This document shows positions 35,435 through 43,808 of a stretch of 64,000 bases of DNA, in pieces. Numbering within the stretch: the stretch's first letter is position 1; each line of letters begins with the position of its first letter. The DNA is taken from the NCBI RefSeq assembly GCF_041913525.1, contig NZ_JAYSFD010000002.1, positions 5,186 to 69,185 of the forward strand. Direction: 5' to 3'. Position numbers and translations under genes: made by a program. This DNA is from Hydrogenophaga sp. Lineage in GTDB: Bacteria; Pseudomonadota; Gammaproteobacteria; Burkholderiales; Burkholderiaceae_C. Under the pieces are notes generated by a model, which saw only the letters and a list, made by a program, of their open reading frames with translations, searched no databases and was not told the origin of the DNA.

Positions 35435-36214
35435 GTGAAATTCCAAAAAATGGCGCAGGCACTGGCCTGCACCACCGTGGCCCTGGCCAGCTCGCTGGTC
35501 TTTGCCCAAACCGCCGCGCCGCGCGCCGTGGGCCCGGCCACGCAGGCCGCCGCCGAGCGCGCGCCAGTGAACTTCAATGGCGTCTGGGAGATGCTGGACG
35601 CCAAGGCCGTGACCCGCCCGGGTGGCCCCAAGGCGCCGTATACCGAAAAGTACGCCAAGGAGATGGCCCACTTCACCAAGCACTTCGACGTGAATGACGT
35701 GGACGACCGCATCAAGCTGTGCGACGACCGCGGCATGCCGTGGGTGATGAGCTCGCGCGCCCGCACCTACCCGCACGAGATCTACCAGAACGAAGACCGC
35801 ATGTTCATGCTGTTCGAGGGCATGGACACCGAGCGCAACGTCCACATCGGCCAGACGGCGTTCCCGACCGATGACGGTGCCTCGGTGCAGGGCTATTCCA
35901 TCGGCCGCTGGGAAGGCAAGACCCTGGTCATCGAGACGCGCAAGCTGATGCCGCGCCCCATGCCAGATCCGTTCCCGCGCAGCGCCAAGGCCCGCGTGAT
36001 CGAGCGCTGGACCATGGAGACGCTGCCCGAGGTGGGTGACGTCATCAACGTGGAAGGCGTCTACGAAGACCCCGAGGTCTACACCGAGCCGCAGAAGATC
36101 ACCCAGAAATGGAAGCGGGCCCAGCCGGGCGTGCGCATCCTTTCCTACAACTGCCCGCAAGCCCTGTGGGACAGCCACCTGGCCAAGCGCAAGAAGGAAC
36201 TGGGCCTGCCCTGA
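35435..36214 (+). CDS. Secreted protein of unknown function (paralog of 45819-46583)
   Basis: The likely GTG start at 35435 is 7 nt after GGAGGA (ATG 35450 is an alternative). Signal peptide ...ALASSLVFA|QT. Motifs shared with the paralog: NFNGVWEML, GMPWxMxSRARTYPxEIYQ, SYNCPxxLW. Confidence 0.75.
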   Translation: MKFQKMAQALACTTVALASSLVFAQTAAPRAVGPATQAAAERAPVNFNGVWEMLDAKAVTRPGGPKAPYTEKYAKEMAHFTKHFDVNDVDDRIKLCDDRGMPWVMSSRARTYPHEIYQNEDRMFMLFEGMDTERNVHIGQTAFPTDDGASVQGYSIGRWEGKTLVIETRKLMPRPMPDPFPRSAKARVIERWTMETLPEVGDVINVEGVYEDPEVYTEPQKITQKWKRAQPGVRILSYNCPQALWDSHLAKRKKELGLP

Positions 36215-36244
36215 TCACGGCCTGAGCCCAGCCGCTCAACCCCC

Positions 36245-36276
36245 ACCGCCGCCCGCGCCGGGCGGCGGTTTTTTTG
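36245..36276 (+). terminator. Rho-independent terminator
   Basis: accgccgcccg-cgc-cgggcggcggt followed by T7. Confidence 0.85.
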
Positions 36277-36366
36277 CGCCCGAAAGCCCGGGGTGTCGCC
36301 TGGGCGTGCCCATTGCCCGACTGCCGCTGGACGTTTCAAAAACTTCCACTAGAATGCCCAATCAAG

Positions 36367-36377
36367 TTGCTAGGCAA
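36367..36377. promoter_or_regulatory. TTGCCTAGCAA quasi-palindrome, site e (inverted: TTGCTAGGCAA)
   Basis: 187 nt upstream of the BNR-propeller gene. Confidence 0.55.
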
Positions 36378-36563
36378 TCATGTTAGTGAAAGTCCCTATG
36401 TGAAGTTCGCAGGCACGGTTGCATGATTCGCACAAGCCCAACAACCGGATCGACGCGCTGCGTCGGCTGAATTGGAAGAAGCCCCTGGCGGCCGTGCACG
36501 TCGGTCAGCAGGGATGAACAAGCCGCGGCGCCACCCGCCCCGGCCTTGCCGAATGGAGGATTC

Positions 36564-37730
36564 ATGAGCGTTGCAGTGTTGTCCCCGAACGGTCAGACGA
36601 CCACCTCGGGCGCCGGCCCGGCCACCACCTTGCTGGTGGCCACCATCCAGGGCCTGCTGATTTATGAGCGCGAAGCACAGGGCAAGCCCTGGGCCCTGGC
36701 CCGCCGGGCGCTGGTCGAGTTCCAGATCAGCTCGGTGCTGCACGACCCGGTGTCGGGCCGCATCCTGGCCGGCACCCACGGCGGCAAGGGCCTGTGGGCC
36801 AGCGACGACGGCGGCGCCACCTGGAGCCAGAAGACCGGCGGCATGGACCGCCCCCACGTCTACATGCTGGTGGCCCAGCCCCGCCCCGAAGGCACCGTGA
36901 TCTATTGCGGCACGGAGCCCGTGGGCCTGTACCGCAGCACCGACATGGGCGAAACCTGGACCGATCTGCCCGCCGTGAGCGACGTGCCCGGCAATGACCG
37001 CTGGACCTTCCCGCCCCCGCCGCACATCGCCCACGTCAAGCACATCGCCTTCCACCCGGCCGAGCCCAAGACGCTGTACGTGTGCATCGAGCAGGGCGCG
37101 CTGCTGAAGTCGGTGGACGACGGCGCGAGCTGGGTCGAGCTGACCGACTACGAAAACGTGGCCCTGGTGGAAGAGAAGTTCCGCCGCGACAACCACCGCG
37201 TGGTGATTCGCCCGTCCAACCCCCAGCACCTGCTGCTGTGCGGCGGTGAGGGCCTGTTCCGCAGCCTGGACGGCGGCATCACCTGGGAACACCTGCTCAC
37301 CCGCCAGTCGCGCGTGGGCTACCCCGACGCCATGTTCCTCGACCCGCGCGACGAAAACACCGTCTACCTGGGTGGCCCCGGCCACGCGCCGCGCGAATGG
37401 GCCAAGGAGCGCAACGCCGACGCCACCGTGATGGTCAGCCACGACTTCGGCACCACCTGGCAAGAGCGCCGCGAAGGCCTGCCCAACCCGGTGGTGGGCA
37501 ACATCGAAGCCATGGGCCTGCACCAGCAGGGCGAGCAGGTGCTCATCAGCGTGGGCACCGCCACCGGCGAGGTCTATGTGTCTGAAAACGAAGGTCACCA
37601 CTGGGAGCGCGTTGCCCACAACGTGCCCCCCATTTCCAAGGCAGGCCACTTCCGCTGGTTCCTCACGGACGAGCGGCGCCTGCAGATCGAAGAAGCCATG
37701 CGCGGCTGGAAGCCCGCCGAAACGGTCTGA
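36564..37730 (+). CDS. BNR/Asp-box repeat beta-propeller protein (sialidase-fold/Ycf48-like), no signal peptide
   Basis: Start at ATG 36564 after GGAGGA. Six SxDxGxTW-type Asp-boxes (SDDGGATW, STDMGETW, SVDDGASW, SLDGGITW, SHDFGTTW, SENEGHHW). Confidence 0.85.
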   Translation: MSVAVLSPNGQTTTSGAGPATTLLVATIQGLLIYEREAQGKPWALARRALVEFQISSVLHDPVSGRILAGTHGGKGLWASDDGGATWSQKTGGMDRPHVYMLVAQPRPEGTVIYCGTEPVGLYRSTDMGETWTDLPAVSDVPGNDRWTFPPPPHIAHVKHIAFHPAEPKTLYVCIEQGALLKSVDDGASWVELTDYENVALVEEKFRRDNHRVVIRPSNPQHLLLCGGEGLFRSLDGGITWEHLLTRQSRVGYPDAMFLDPRDENTVYLGGPGHAPREWAKERNADATVMVSHDFGTTWQERREGLPNPVVGNIEAMGLHQQGEQVLISVGTATGEVYVSENEGHHWERVAHNVPPISKAGHFRWFLTDERRLQIEEAMRGWKPAETV

Positions 37731-37771
37731 GGCCAGCGCCCGCCACACCCCGAACCCCACGGAGCCCAAAG

Positions 37772-38998
37772 ATGTACGTTGACACCACCGAGCGCAAGGC
37801 CGCCACCGGCGCTGCCTTGCCAGTCTTGAAGTCGCGCGCCGACGCCATGGCCGCGGTCAAGGCCCTGCTGCCCAAGATCCGGGCACGCGCCGCCCGCACC
37901 GACGCCGACCGCATGGTCTCGCGCGAAACCATTGCCGAAATCATGGAAGCCGGCCTGTTCGGCGTGGGCACGCCCACCGAACACGGTGGCTCCAACCTGG
38001 GCTTTGCCGCCCTGGTGGAAGTGACCACCGAACTGGCCAGCGCCTGCGGCTCCACCGGCTGGGTGTTCGGCGTGCTGGCCGGCCATAGCTGGATCCTGAA
38101 CTTCTTCCCGCAGGAAACCCAGGCCGAGGTGCACGCCAACGGCCGCTCGCTGTCGGCCACCGTGTTCCGCCTCAATGGCGAAGCCGTGGTGGAAGGCGAC
38201 GCCATTCGCCTGACCAACGCCGAAGGCCGCTTCTGCAGCGGCGTGGACCACGCCAGCTGGGTCGTGGTGGGCGTGCCGGTGAAGGCCGCCGATGGCAGCA
38301 TGGCGCCGCACTTCCTGATCGTGCCGCGCTCGGACATCGAGGTGGTGGACGACTGGTTCACCGCCGGCATGCGCGGCACCGGCAGCCGCACCATCAAGAT
38401 CAAAGACTCGCTCGTGCCCCGTGCGCGCGCCCTGTCGTTCAAGGACATGGGCGTGGTGGCGGCGGCCGAGGCCAAGCGCACCGGCAAGCCCATCCTGGGC
38501 GTGCCATGGACGGCCGTTCTGCCTTTCTCGCTGATCGGTGCCCCCATGGGCATGGCCCGTGGCACCCTGGCCAACTTCGTGGAAGGCGCGGCTGCGCGCA
38601 TGTCCACCTTCAGCGAGCTGCAACTGGCCGAGCAGTCGGCCACGTTTGCGCGCCTGTCCGAGGCCGCCGCCGACCTGGACGCCGCTTACGCCCTGGTGCT
38701 GGCCAACGCCCAGTTCTGCGATGAGATCCAAGACCCGTCGGAAATCACCTCGCTCAAGGCCTCGCAGATCGCCCGCGACTGGGCCTGGGCCGCGCAGAAG
38801 TCGCGCTACGCCGCCACCCGCCTGTTCGAGGCGGCCGGTGGCACCGGCATCTACGACTCGTCCGAGATGCAGCGCCTGTGGCGCGACGTGAACTCGGCCG
38901 CGCAGCACTTCGCCTTCACCTGGGACGGCGCCATGGCCATCCACGGCCGCGCCCTGCTGGGCCTGGCGCCCGCCAAGTTCGGGGTCAAGGGCCGATGA
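37772..38998 (+). CDS. ACAD-fold two-component flavin-dependent monooxygenase (group D, HsaA/C2-HpaH-like)
   Basis: 408 aa with an acyl-CoA dehydrogenase-like fold but monooxygenase-type sequence (…GMRGTGSRTIKI…). A partner flavin reductase candidate lies at 29273-29830. Confidence 0.8.
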   Translation: MYVDTTERKAATGAALPVLKSRADAMAAVKALLPKIRARAARTDADRMVSRETIAEIMEAGLFGVGTPTEHGGSNLGFAALVEVTTELASACGSTGWVFGVLAGHSWILNFFPQETQAEVHANGRSLSATVFRLNGEAVVEGDAIRLTNAEGRFCSGVDHASWVVVGVPVKAADGSMAPHFLIVPRSDIEVVDDWFTAGMRGTGSRTIKIKDSLVPRARALSFKDMGVVAAAEAKRTGKPILGVPWTAVLPFSLIGAPMGMARGTLANFVEGAAARMSTFSELQLAEQSATFARLSEAAADLDAAYALVLANAQFCDEIQDPSEITSLKASQIARDWAWAAQKSRYAATRLFEAAGGTGIYDSSEMQRLWRDVNSAAQHFAFTWDGAMAIHGRALLGLAPAKFGVKGR

Positions 38999-39345
38999 GC
39001 GCGGCACTGCTGGCCGGCGGCGTGGATGCCCGCGCCGACGAGCTTCACGACATCCTCGACTGCGGCCCGGCCACGCTGCGGGCCCTGGCCCTGCGCATCG
39101 AGGCCTCGGCGGGCGACATGGAGCTGATCTACCGCGAGACCGAGATCGACGAGGTCTGGCGCTGGGTGGACGTGGGCCTGGGCCAGGCCCAGCACGTGCG
39201 CGCCGCGCCGGCCGTGATCGCGCACTGGCGCCAACTCAAGGCCGAGGTCATGCGCATTCACGACCTGATCGGCATTGACCTGGACCGCGACACCGCGGTG
39301 CAGGCCCTGCGGTCCCTGGCCACCCAACTCGAATCGGCGGCCTGA
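38995..39345 (+). CDS. 116-aa hypothetical protein, translationally coupled
   Basis: The ATG overlaps the upstream stop (ATGA). Acidic and helical-looking. I recognise no family. Confidence 0.6.
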   Translation: MSAALLAGGVDARADELHDILDCGPATLRALALRIEASAGDMELIYRETEIDEVWRWVDVGLGQAQHVRAAPAVIAHWRQLKAEVMRIHDLIGIDLDRDTAVQALRSLATQLESAA

Positions 39346-39395
39346 ACCGGCCACCGGCACCCCACCCGTTTCCCCATTTTTCCAAGGAGAGAGAG

Positions 39396-40646
39396 ATGCT
39401 TTCGAAAGAAGACAACGACATCCTGACCCAAACCGGTCAAGGCACGCCCATGGGCGATCTGGTTCGCCGCTTCTGGGTTCCGGCCCTGCTGGCCTCTGAA
39501 GTGGCCGAGGCCGACGGCGCCCCCAAGCGCTTTCGCCTGCTGGGCGAAGACCTGATCGCCTTCCGCAACACCGACGGCAAGGTCGGCATTCTGGAAGAGG
39601 CCTGCCCGCACCGCCGCTCCTCGCTGGCCCTGGGCGTGAACGCCGAGAACGGCGTGCGCTGCCTGTACCACGGCTGGAAGTTCGGCATCGACGGCGAGTG
39701 CCTGGACACCCCGGCCGAGCCGCCCGGCGCCAGCATGGTGGGCCGCGTGCGCGCCAAGTCGTACCCGGTGCGCGAAGTGGCCGGCGTGATCTGGACCTAC
39801 ATGGGCCCCGCCGAACACGAGCCCGTGTTCCCCGACTTCGAGTGGATGCACTACCCCGAAGGCCACTGCGTGCCCTTCAAGGTGCTGGAAGACTGCAACT
39901 ACGCGCAGGCCGTGGAAGGCACCATCGACTCGGCCCACGCCGGCGTGCTGCACCGCGAAAGCCCCTGGGGCCACCCCGCCAAGTACGAGCACGAGAAAGA
40001 CCTCTCGCCCAAGCTCGAAGTGGAATACACCAAGTACGGCCTGCGCTACGGCGCCGTGCGCAACCTGGTGGACGAGGGCAAACTGCACGCCCGCGTGACC
40101 GAAGTGGTGATGCCCTTCTTCACCCTGATCCCGCCGGACGGCGCCGGCGTTCGCAAGAACCGCCGCATGGCCAACGCCTTCGTGCCGCGCGACGACGAGT
40201 CCACCTGGCACATCCAGTGGTTCTTCGACGACACCACCCCCATTGACGTGGAGTACCGCATCAAGGAAGGCGGCCACTACGTGGACGAAAACTTCCGCAA
40301 GCTGCGCAACATCGACAACTGGTACCTGCAAGACCGCCAGATGATGAAGACGACCAACATGTCGGGCATCGAAGGCATCTTGATGCAGGACCACGCCGTG
40401 AGCGAGACGCAGGGCCGCATCCTGGACCGCACCAAGGAACACCTGGGTGGCTCCGACGTGGCCGTGGTCGCCTGGCGTCGCCAGATGATTCGCGCCGCGC
40501 GCAACTTCGCCAAGGACGGCACCACCCCGTCCGTGCTGGGTGCCGACGTGCCGTGGTCGAAGATCCGCGCCGCCACCGTGCGCTTCCCCGACTCCAGCAA
40601 CTGGAAGGCCGAGGTGCCCCTGCACCCCGAAGCCGCGGCGACCTGA
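39396..40646 (+). CDS. Rieske [2Fe-2S] non-heme iron oxygenase, alpha subunit (phthalate/VanA-type, single-component)
   Basis: 416 aa. Rieske motif CPHRRSSL...CLYHGWKF, and mononuclear Fe motif region NYAQAVEGTIDSAHAGVLH. Confidence 0.92.
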   Translation: MLSKEDNDILTQTGQGTPMGDLVRRFWVPALLASEVAEADGAPKRFRLLGEDLIAFRNTDGKVGILEEACPHRRSSLALGVNAENGVRCLYHGWKFGIDGECLDTPAEPPGASMVGRVRAKSYPVREVAGVIWTYMGPAEHEPVFPDFEWMHYPEGHCVPFKVLEDCNYAQAVEGTIDSAHAGVLHRESPWGHPAKYEHEKDLSPKLEVEYTKYGLRYGAVRNLVDEGKLHARVTEVVMPFFTLIPPDGAGVRKNRRMANAFVPRDDESTWHIQWFFDDTTPIDVEYRIKEGGHYVDENFRKLRNIDNWYLQDRQMMKTTNMSGIEGILMQDHAVSETQGRILDRTKEHLGGSDVAVVAWRRQMIRAARNFAKDGTTPSVLGADVPWSKIRAATVRFPDSSNWKAEVPLHPEAAAT

Positions 40647-40671
40647 TCGCCATCGTCCGCCCTTGCTGACC

Positions 40672-40699
40672 GCCGGCCCGCTAACGCGGGCCGGCTTTT
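40672..40699 (+). terminator. GC-rich hairpin + T4 immediately upstream of the next gene
   Basis: gccggcccg-ctaa-cgcgggccggc then TTTT. It ends 13 nt before ATG 40713. Confidence 0.6.
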
Positions 40700-40712
40700 G
40701 CCCCCAAAGCCC

Positions 40713-41513
40713 ATGGTCATTGACAGCCACTGCCACACCGGCGACCGCTGGTACGAACCCGTCGACACACTCTTGCACCACATGGACCGCCATGGCGTCT
40801 CACGCGCCATGCTCATCCAGATGCTGGGCCAGTTCGACAACGGCTACCAGCAAGACAGCGTGCAACGCCACCCCGATCGTTTCGTGAGCGTGGTGGGCGT
40901 GGACCTGTCTCGCGCCGACGCCTGCGACGAACTGGAGCGCCAGGCCGCACAAGGGGCGGTGGGCGTGCGCCTGCGCCCCACCGACCGCTCGCTGGGCGAT
41001 GACCCGCTGGCCATCTGGCGGGCGGCCGAGCGCCTGGGGCTCTTGGTCAGTTGCGTGGGCAACAGCGCCACCTTTGGCGACCCCGCCTTCGACGCACTGG
41101 TGGCCCAGTTTCCCCGGCTCACCATCGTGCTGGAGCACCTGGGCAGCAACAGCAGCCCCGACGCCGATGCCGCCGCCGTGGCCGCGCGCCAGCGCGTGTT
41201 CGGCCTGGCGCGCCATGCCCATGTGTGCATCAAGCTGCCCGGGCTGGGCGAGCTGTTGGCGCGACCTGCCTTGATGGCGGCCGACCCGTTCACCCTGGCC
41301 GCCGTGGCGTCGCCGGTGCTGCGCCCGGCCTTCGAGGCCTTTGGCCCCGAGCGCCTGCTGTGGGGCAGCGACTTCCCCGTGGTGTCCTCGCGCGAAGGCT
41401 ATGGCCAGGCACTGGGCCTGTGCCGTGAGGTGGTGCGCCAGCTCTACCCACAGGCCGTTGATGGCGTGTTCGGCGGCAACGCGCAGACCCTGTTGGCGCG
41501 CCAATCGCGCTGA
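40713..41513 (+). CDS. Amidohydrolase-2 family metal-dependent hydrolase
   Basis: Start at ATG 40713 (MVIDSHCH; the ORF-track start at 40698 is TTG). C-terminal LLWGSDFP motif. Confidence 0.85.
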   Translation: MVIDSHCHTGDRWYEPVDTLLHHMDRHGVSRAMLIQMLGQFDNGYQQDSVQRHPDRFVSVVGVDLSRADACDELERQAAQGAVGVRLRPTDRSLGDDPLAIWRAAERLGLLVSCVGNSATFGDPAFDALVAQFPRLTIVLEHLGSNSSPDADAAAVAARQRVFGLARHAHVCIKLPGLGELLARPALMAADPFTLAAVASPVLRPAFEAFGPERLLWGSDFPVVSSREGYGQALGLCREVVRQLYPQAVDGVFGGNAQTLLARQSR

Positions 41514-41560
41514 GCCAGGGCGCTATTCTTTCGATAACAAATTCCAACGGAGACACGTCA

Positions 41561-42898
41561 GTGAACACCACCACCTCACCCGCCGCGATCAACCCCTCGC
41601 AGGTGATCAACGATCACCCGCTGGGTACCTACCAGAAGCTGGTGGTGCTGCTCATCGTGCTGGTCTTCATCATGGACGGCGTGGCCAACACCGTGCTGCC
41701 GGTGGCCATTCCCGCGCTCATGAAAGAGTGGGGCCTCAGCCGCGACCCGTTCAAGTTCGTGGTGGGCGCCGGCCTCATGGGCGTGGCCCTGGGCGCGGTG
41801 CTGGGTGGCTACCTCTGCGACAAGTTCGGCCGCCGCCGCGCGCTCATTGGCTGCGTGGTGCTGTTCGGCAGCATGACCGCGCTGTCGTCCCTGGTGGCCA
41901 ACATCGAGCAGCTCATGCTGGTGCGCGTGCTCGACGGCCTGGGCATTGGCGGCGCCATTCCCGCCGGCATGGCCCTGTTGTTCGAGTCGATGCCGGTGCG
42001 CCGTCGCAGCATCGCCATCGCCGCCAGCATGGTGGGCATTCCGCTGGGGGGCTTCCTGGCCGGTGGCCTGGCCTCGCTGGTGCTCGAATCGCACGGCTGG
42101 CACACCCTGTTCCTGCTGGGGGGCCTGGGCCCATTGCTGCTGGCCGCCGTGCTGGCCGCGCTGCTGCCCGACTCGCCCGCCCACCTGGCCCTGCACCCCG
42201 AACGCAGCGACGAGCTGCGCCGCCTGATGGCCCGCTACGGCCACGAATTCGCACCCGGCACCCCCTTCGTGGGCGAAGGCCGCACCGGCCCCAAGGCGCG
42301 CCTGCGCGACCTGTTCAACACCGAGTTCTGCCGCAGCACCGTGCTGCTGTGGTCGGCCTTCTTCTTCTGCTTCATCTCCAGCTACAGCATGTTCAGTTGG
42401 GGCCCGGTGATGATGATGGGCCAGGGCCTGAGCCCCATGACCATGGGCCTGGGCATCTCGGTCTTCAACGTGGGCGGCGTGGTGGGCGGCCTGGCCAGCG
42501 GCTGGGTGCTGCAGCGCTTCGGTTCGCGCCTGGCCTTCTTGCTGTACTGCGGCGGCGGCATGGCCAGCGCCATGTCCTGCGCGGTGGCCTTTCAGTACAA
42601 CGCCCAGGTGGCGGCCTTCACCATGCCCAGCCTGGCGGCCTTCGGCTTCTTCACCGCCGGCCTGCTCAACCTCACCTACACCATGGGCGCCAACCTCTAC
42701 CCGCCCTACATCAAGGGCACGGGCCTGGGCGCGGGCGCCGGCATGGGCCGCATTGGTGCGGTGGTGAGCGCCTTCGCCGGCGTGGCCGCGCTGAACCTTG
42801 GCGCCGCCATGGGCTTCTTCGTGGTCATCACCATCGCCCTGTTCATCACCCTGGTCTCGGCCCTGGCCATCCGCCAGCAGATGGCCCGCGTGGCCTGA
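41561..42898 (+). CDS. MFS transporter, aromatic acid:H+ symporter (AAHS, PcaK-like) family
   Basis: GTG start. 445 aa, 12 TM. GYLCDKFGRRR loop 2-3 motif and LRVLDGLGIGG. Confidence 0.88.
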   Translation: MNTTTSPAAINPSQVINDHPLGTYQKLVVLLIVLVFIMDGVANTVLPVAIPALMKEWGLSRDPFKFVVGAGLMGVALGAVLGGYLCDKFGRRRALIGCVVLFGSMTALSSLVANIEQLMLVRVLDGLGIGGAIPAGMALLFESMPVRRRSIAIAASMVGIPLGGFLAGGLASLVLESHGWHTLFLLGGLGPLLLAAVLAALLPDSPAHLALHPERSDELRRLMARYGHEFAPGTPFVGEGRTGPKARLRDLFNTEFCRSTVLLWSAFFFCFISSYSMFSWGPVMMMGQGLSPMTMGLGISVFNVGGVVGGLASGWVLQRFGSRLAFLLYCGGGMASAMSCAVAFQYNAQVAAFTMPSLAAFGFFTAGLLNLTYTMGANLYPPYIKGTGLGAGAGMGRIGAVVSAFAGVAALNLGAAMGFFVVITIALFITLVSALAIRQQMARVA

Positions 42899-42937
42899 TG
42901 CCCCCGCCGTTTTCTCACGATTCGATCGCACCCTCGC

Positions 42938-43792
42938 ATGAAACTCTTTGACTCGCACGCCCACCTCGTTTCGGCCGACTTCGACCGCTACCCCGTCTCG
43001 CCCCTGTCGGGCGAACTTGACCGCAAGCTCGACAACCCCGTCACCGCCGAGGTGCTGCTGGGCCTGATGGACGAGCAGGGCGTCGAGCGCGCCTGCGCCG
43101 TGCAGCGCGCCCACGTCTATGGCTACAACAACGCCTACGTGATCGACTCGGCCAAGCGCCACGCCGACCGCCTGGTGGCCGTGTGCGTGATCGACGCCGC
43201 CGCCGCCGACTCTGCCGCCACCGTGGCCCGCTGGGCCGACGAAGGCGCCGTGGGCATGCGCCTGTCGGAGAAGACCAAAGGGCAGGGCACCGGCTGGCTC
43301 GATTCCGACAACGCCCAGCGCGCCTGGGAAGCCGTGGAGCGCCTGGGCCTGTCGATGTGCGTGCACATGTACCGCTGGAACCGCCAGGAAGTGCTGCGCA
43401 GCCTGCTGGTGCTGGCCCAGCGCTTCCCCAAGGTGCCCCTGGTGCTGGACCACCTGTCCAACCCCATCGAGGAAAGCGGTGCGCCCGACTACGGCGTGGA
43501 CGCCGACCTGCTGGCGCTCAAGCCGCTGGCCAACGTCTACCTGAAGTACTCGCACATCAACCTGGCGCGCATGGCCAAGAACGGTGTGAACAGCGCCGAC
43601 GTGCTGCACCGCGTGCTGCAAGACTTCCCGGCCGAGCGCGTGATGTGGGGCTCTGACGTGGCCCAGTCCGCCGGCACCTACGACGAAATGGTGGGCGCCG
43701 CCCGGGCCGCCACCGCCAAGCTCTCGCCCGAGCAGGTGCAGGCCGTGCTGCGTGGCACCGCCGAGGCGGTGTACGGCGCGCGCTGGCGCTGA
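42938..43792 (+). CDS. Amidohydrolase-2 family hydrolase (LigI-type lactonase-like)
   Basis: 284 aa. MKLFDSHAHL at the N-terminus, LVLDHL and VMWGSD motifs. Confidence 0.82.
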   Translation: MKLFDSHAHLVSADFDRYPVSPLSGELDRKLDNPVTAEVLLGLMDEQGVERACAVQRAHVYGYNNAYVIDSAKRHADRLVAVCVIDAAAADSAATVARWADEGAVGMRLSEKTKGQGTGWLDSDNAQRAWEAVERLGLSMCVHMYRWNRQEVLRSLLVLAQRFPKVPLVLDHLSNPIEESGAPDYGVDADLLALKPLANVYLKYSHINLARMAKNGVNSADVLHRVLQDFPAERVMWGSDVAQSAGTYDEMVGAARAATAKLSPEQVQAVLRGTAEAVYGARWR

Positions 43793-43808
43793 TCGGGGCC
43801 CGGGCGCC

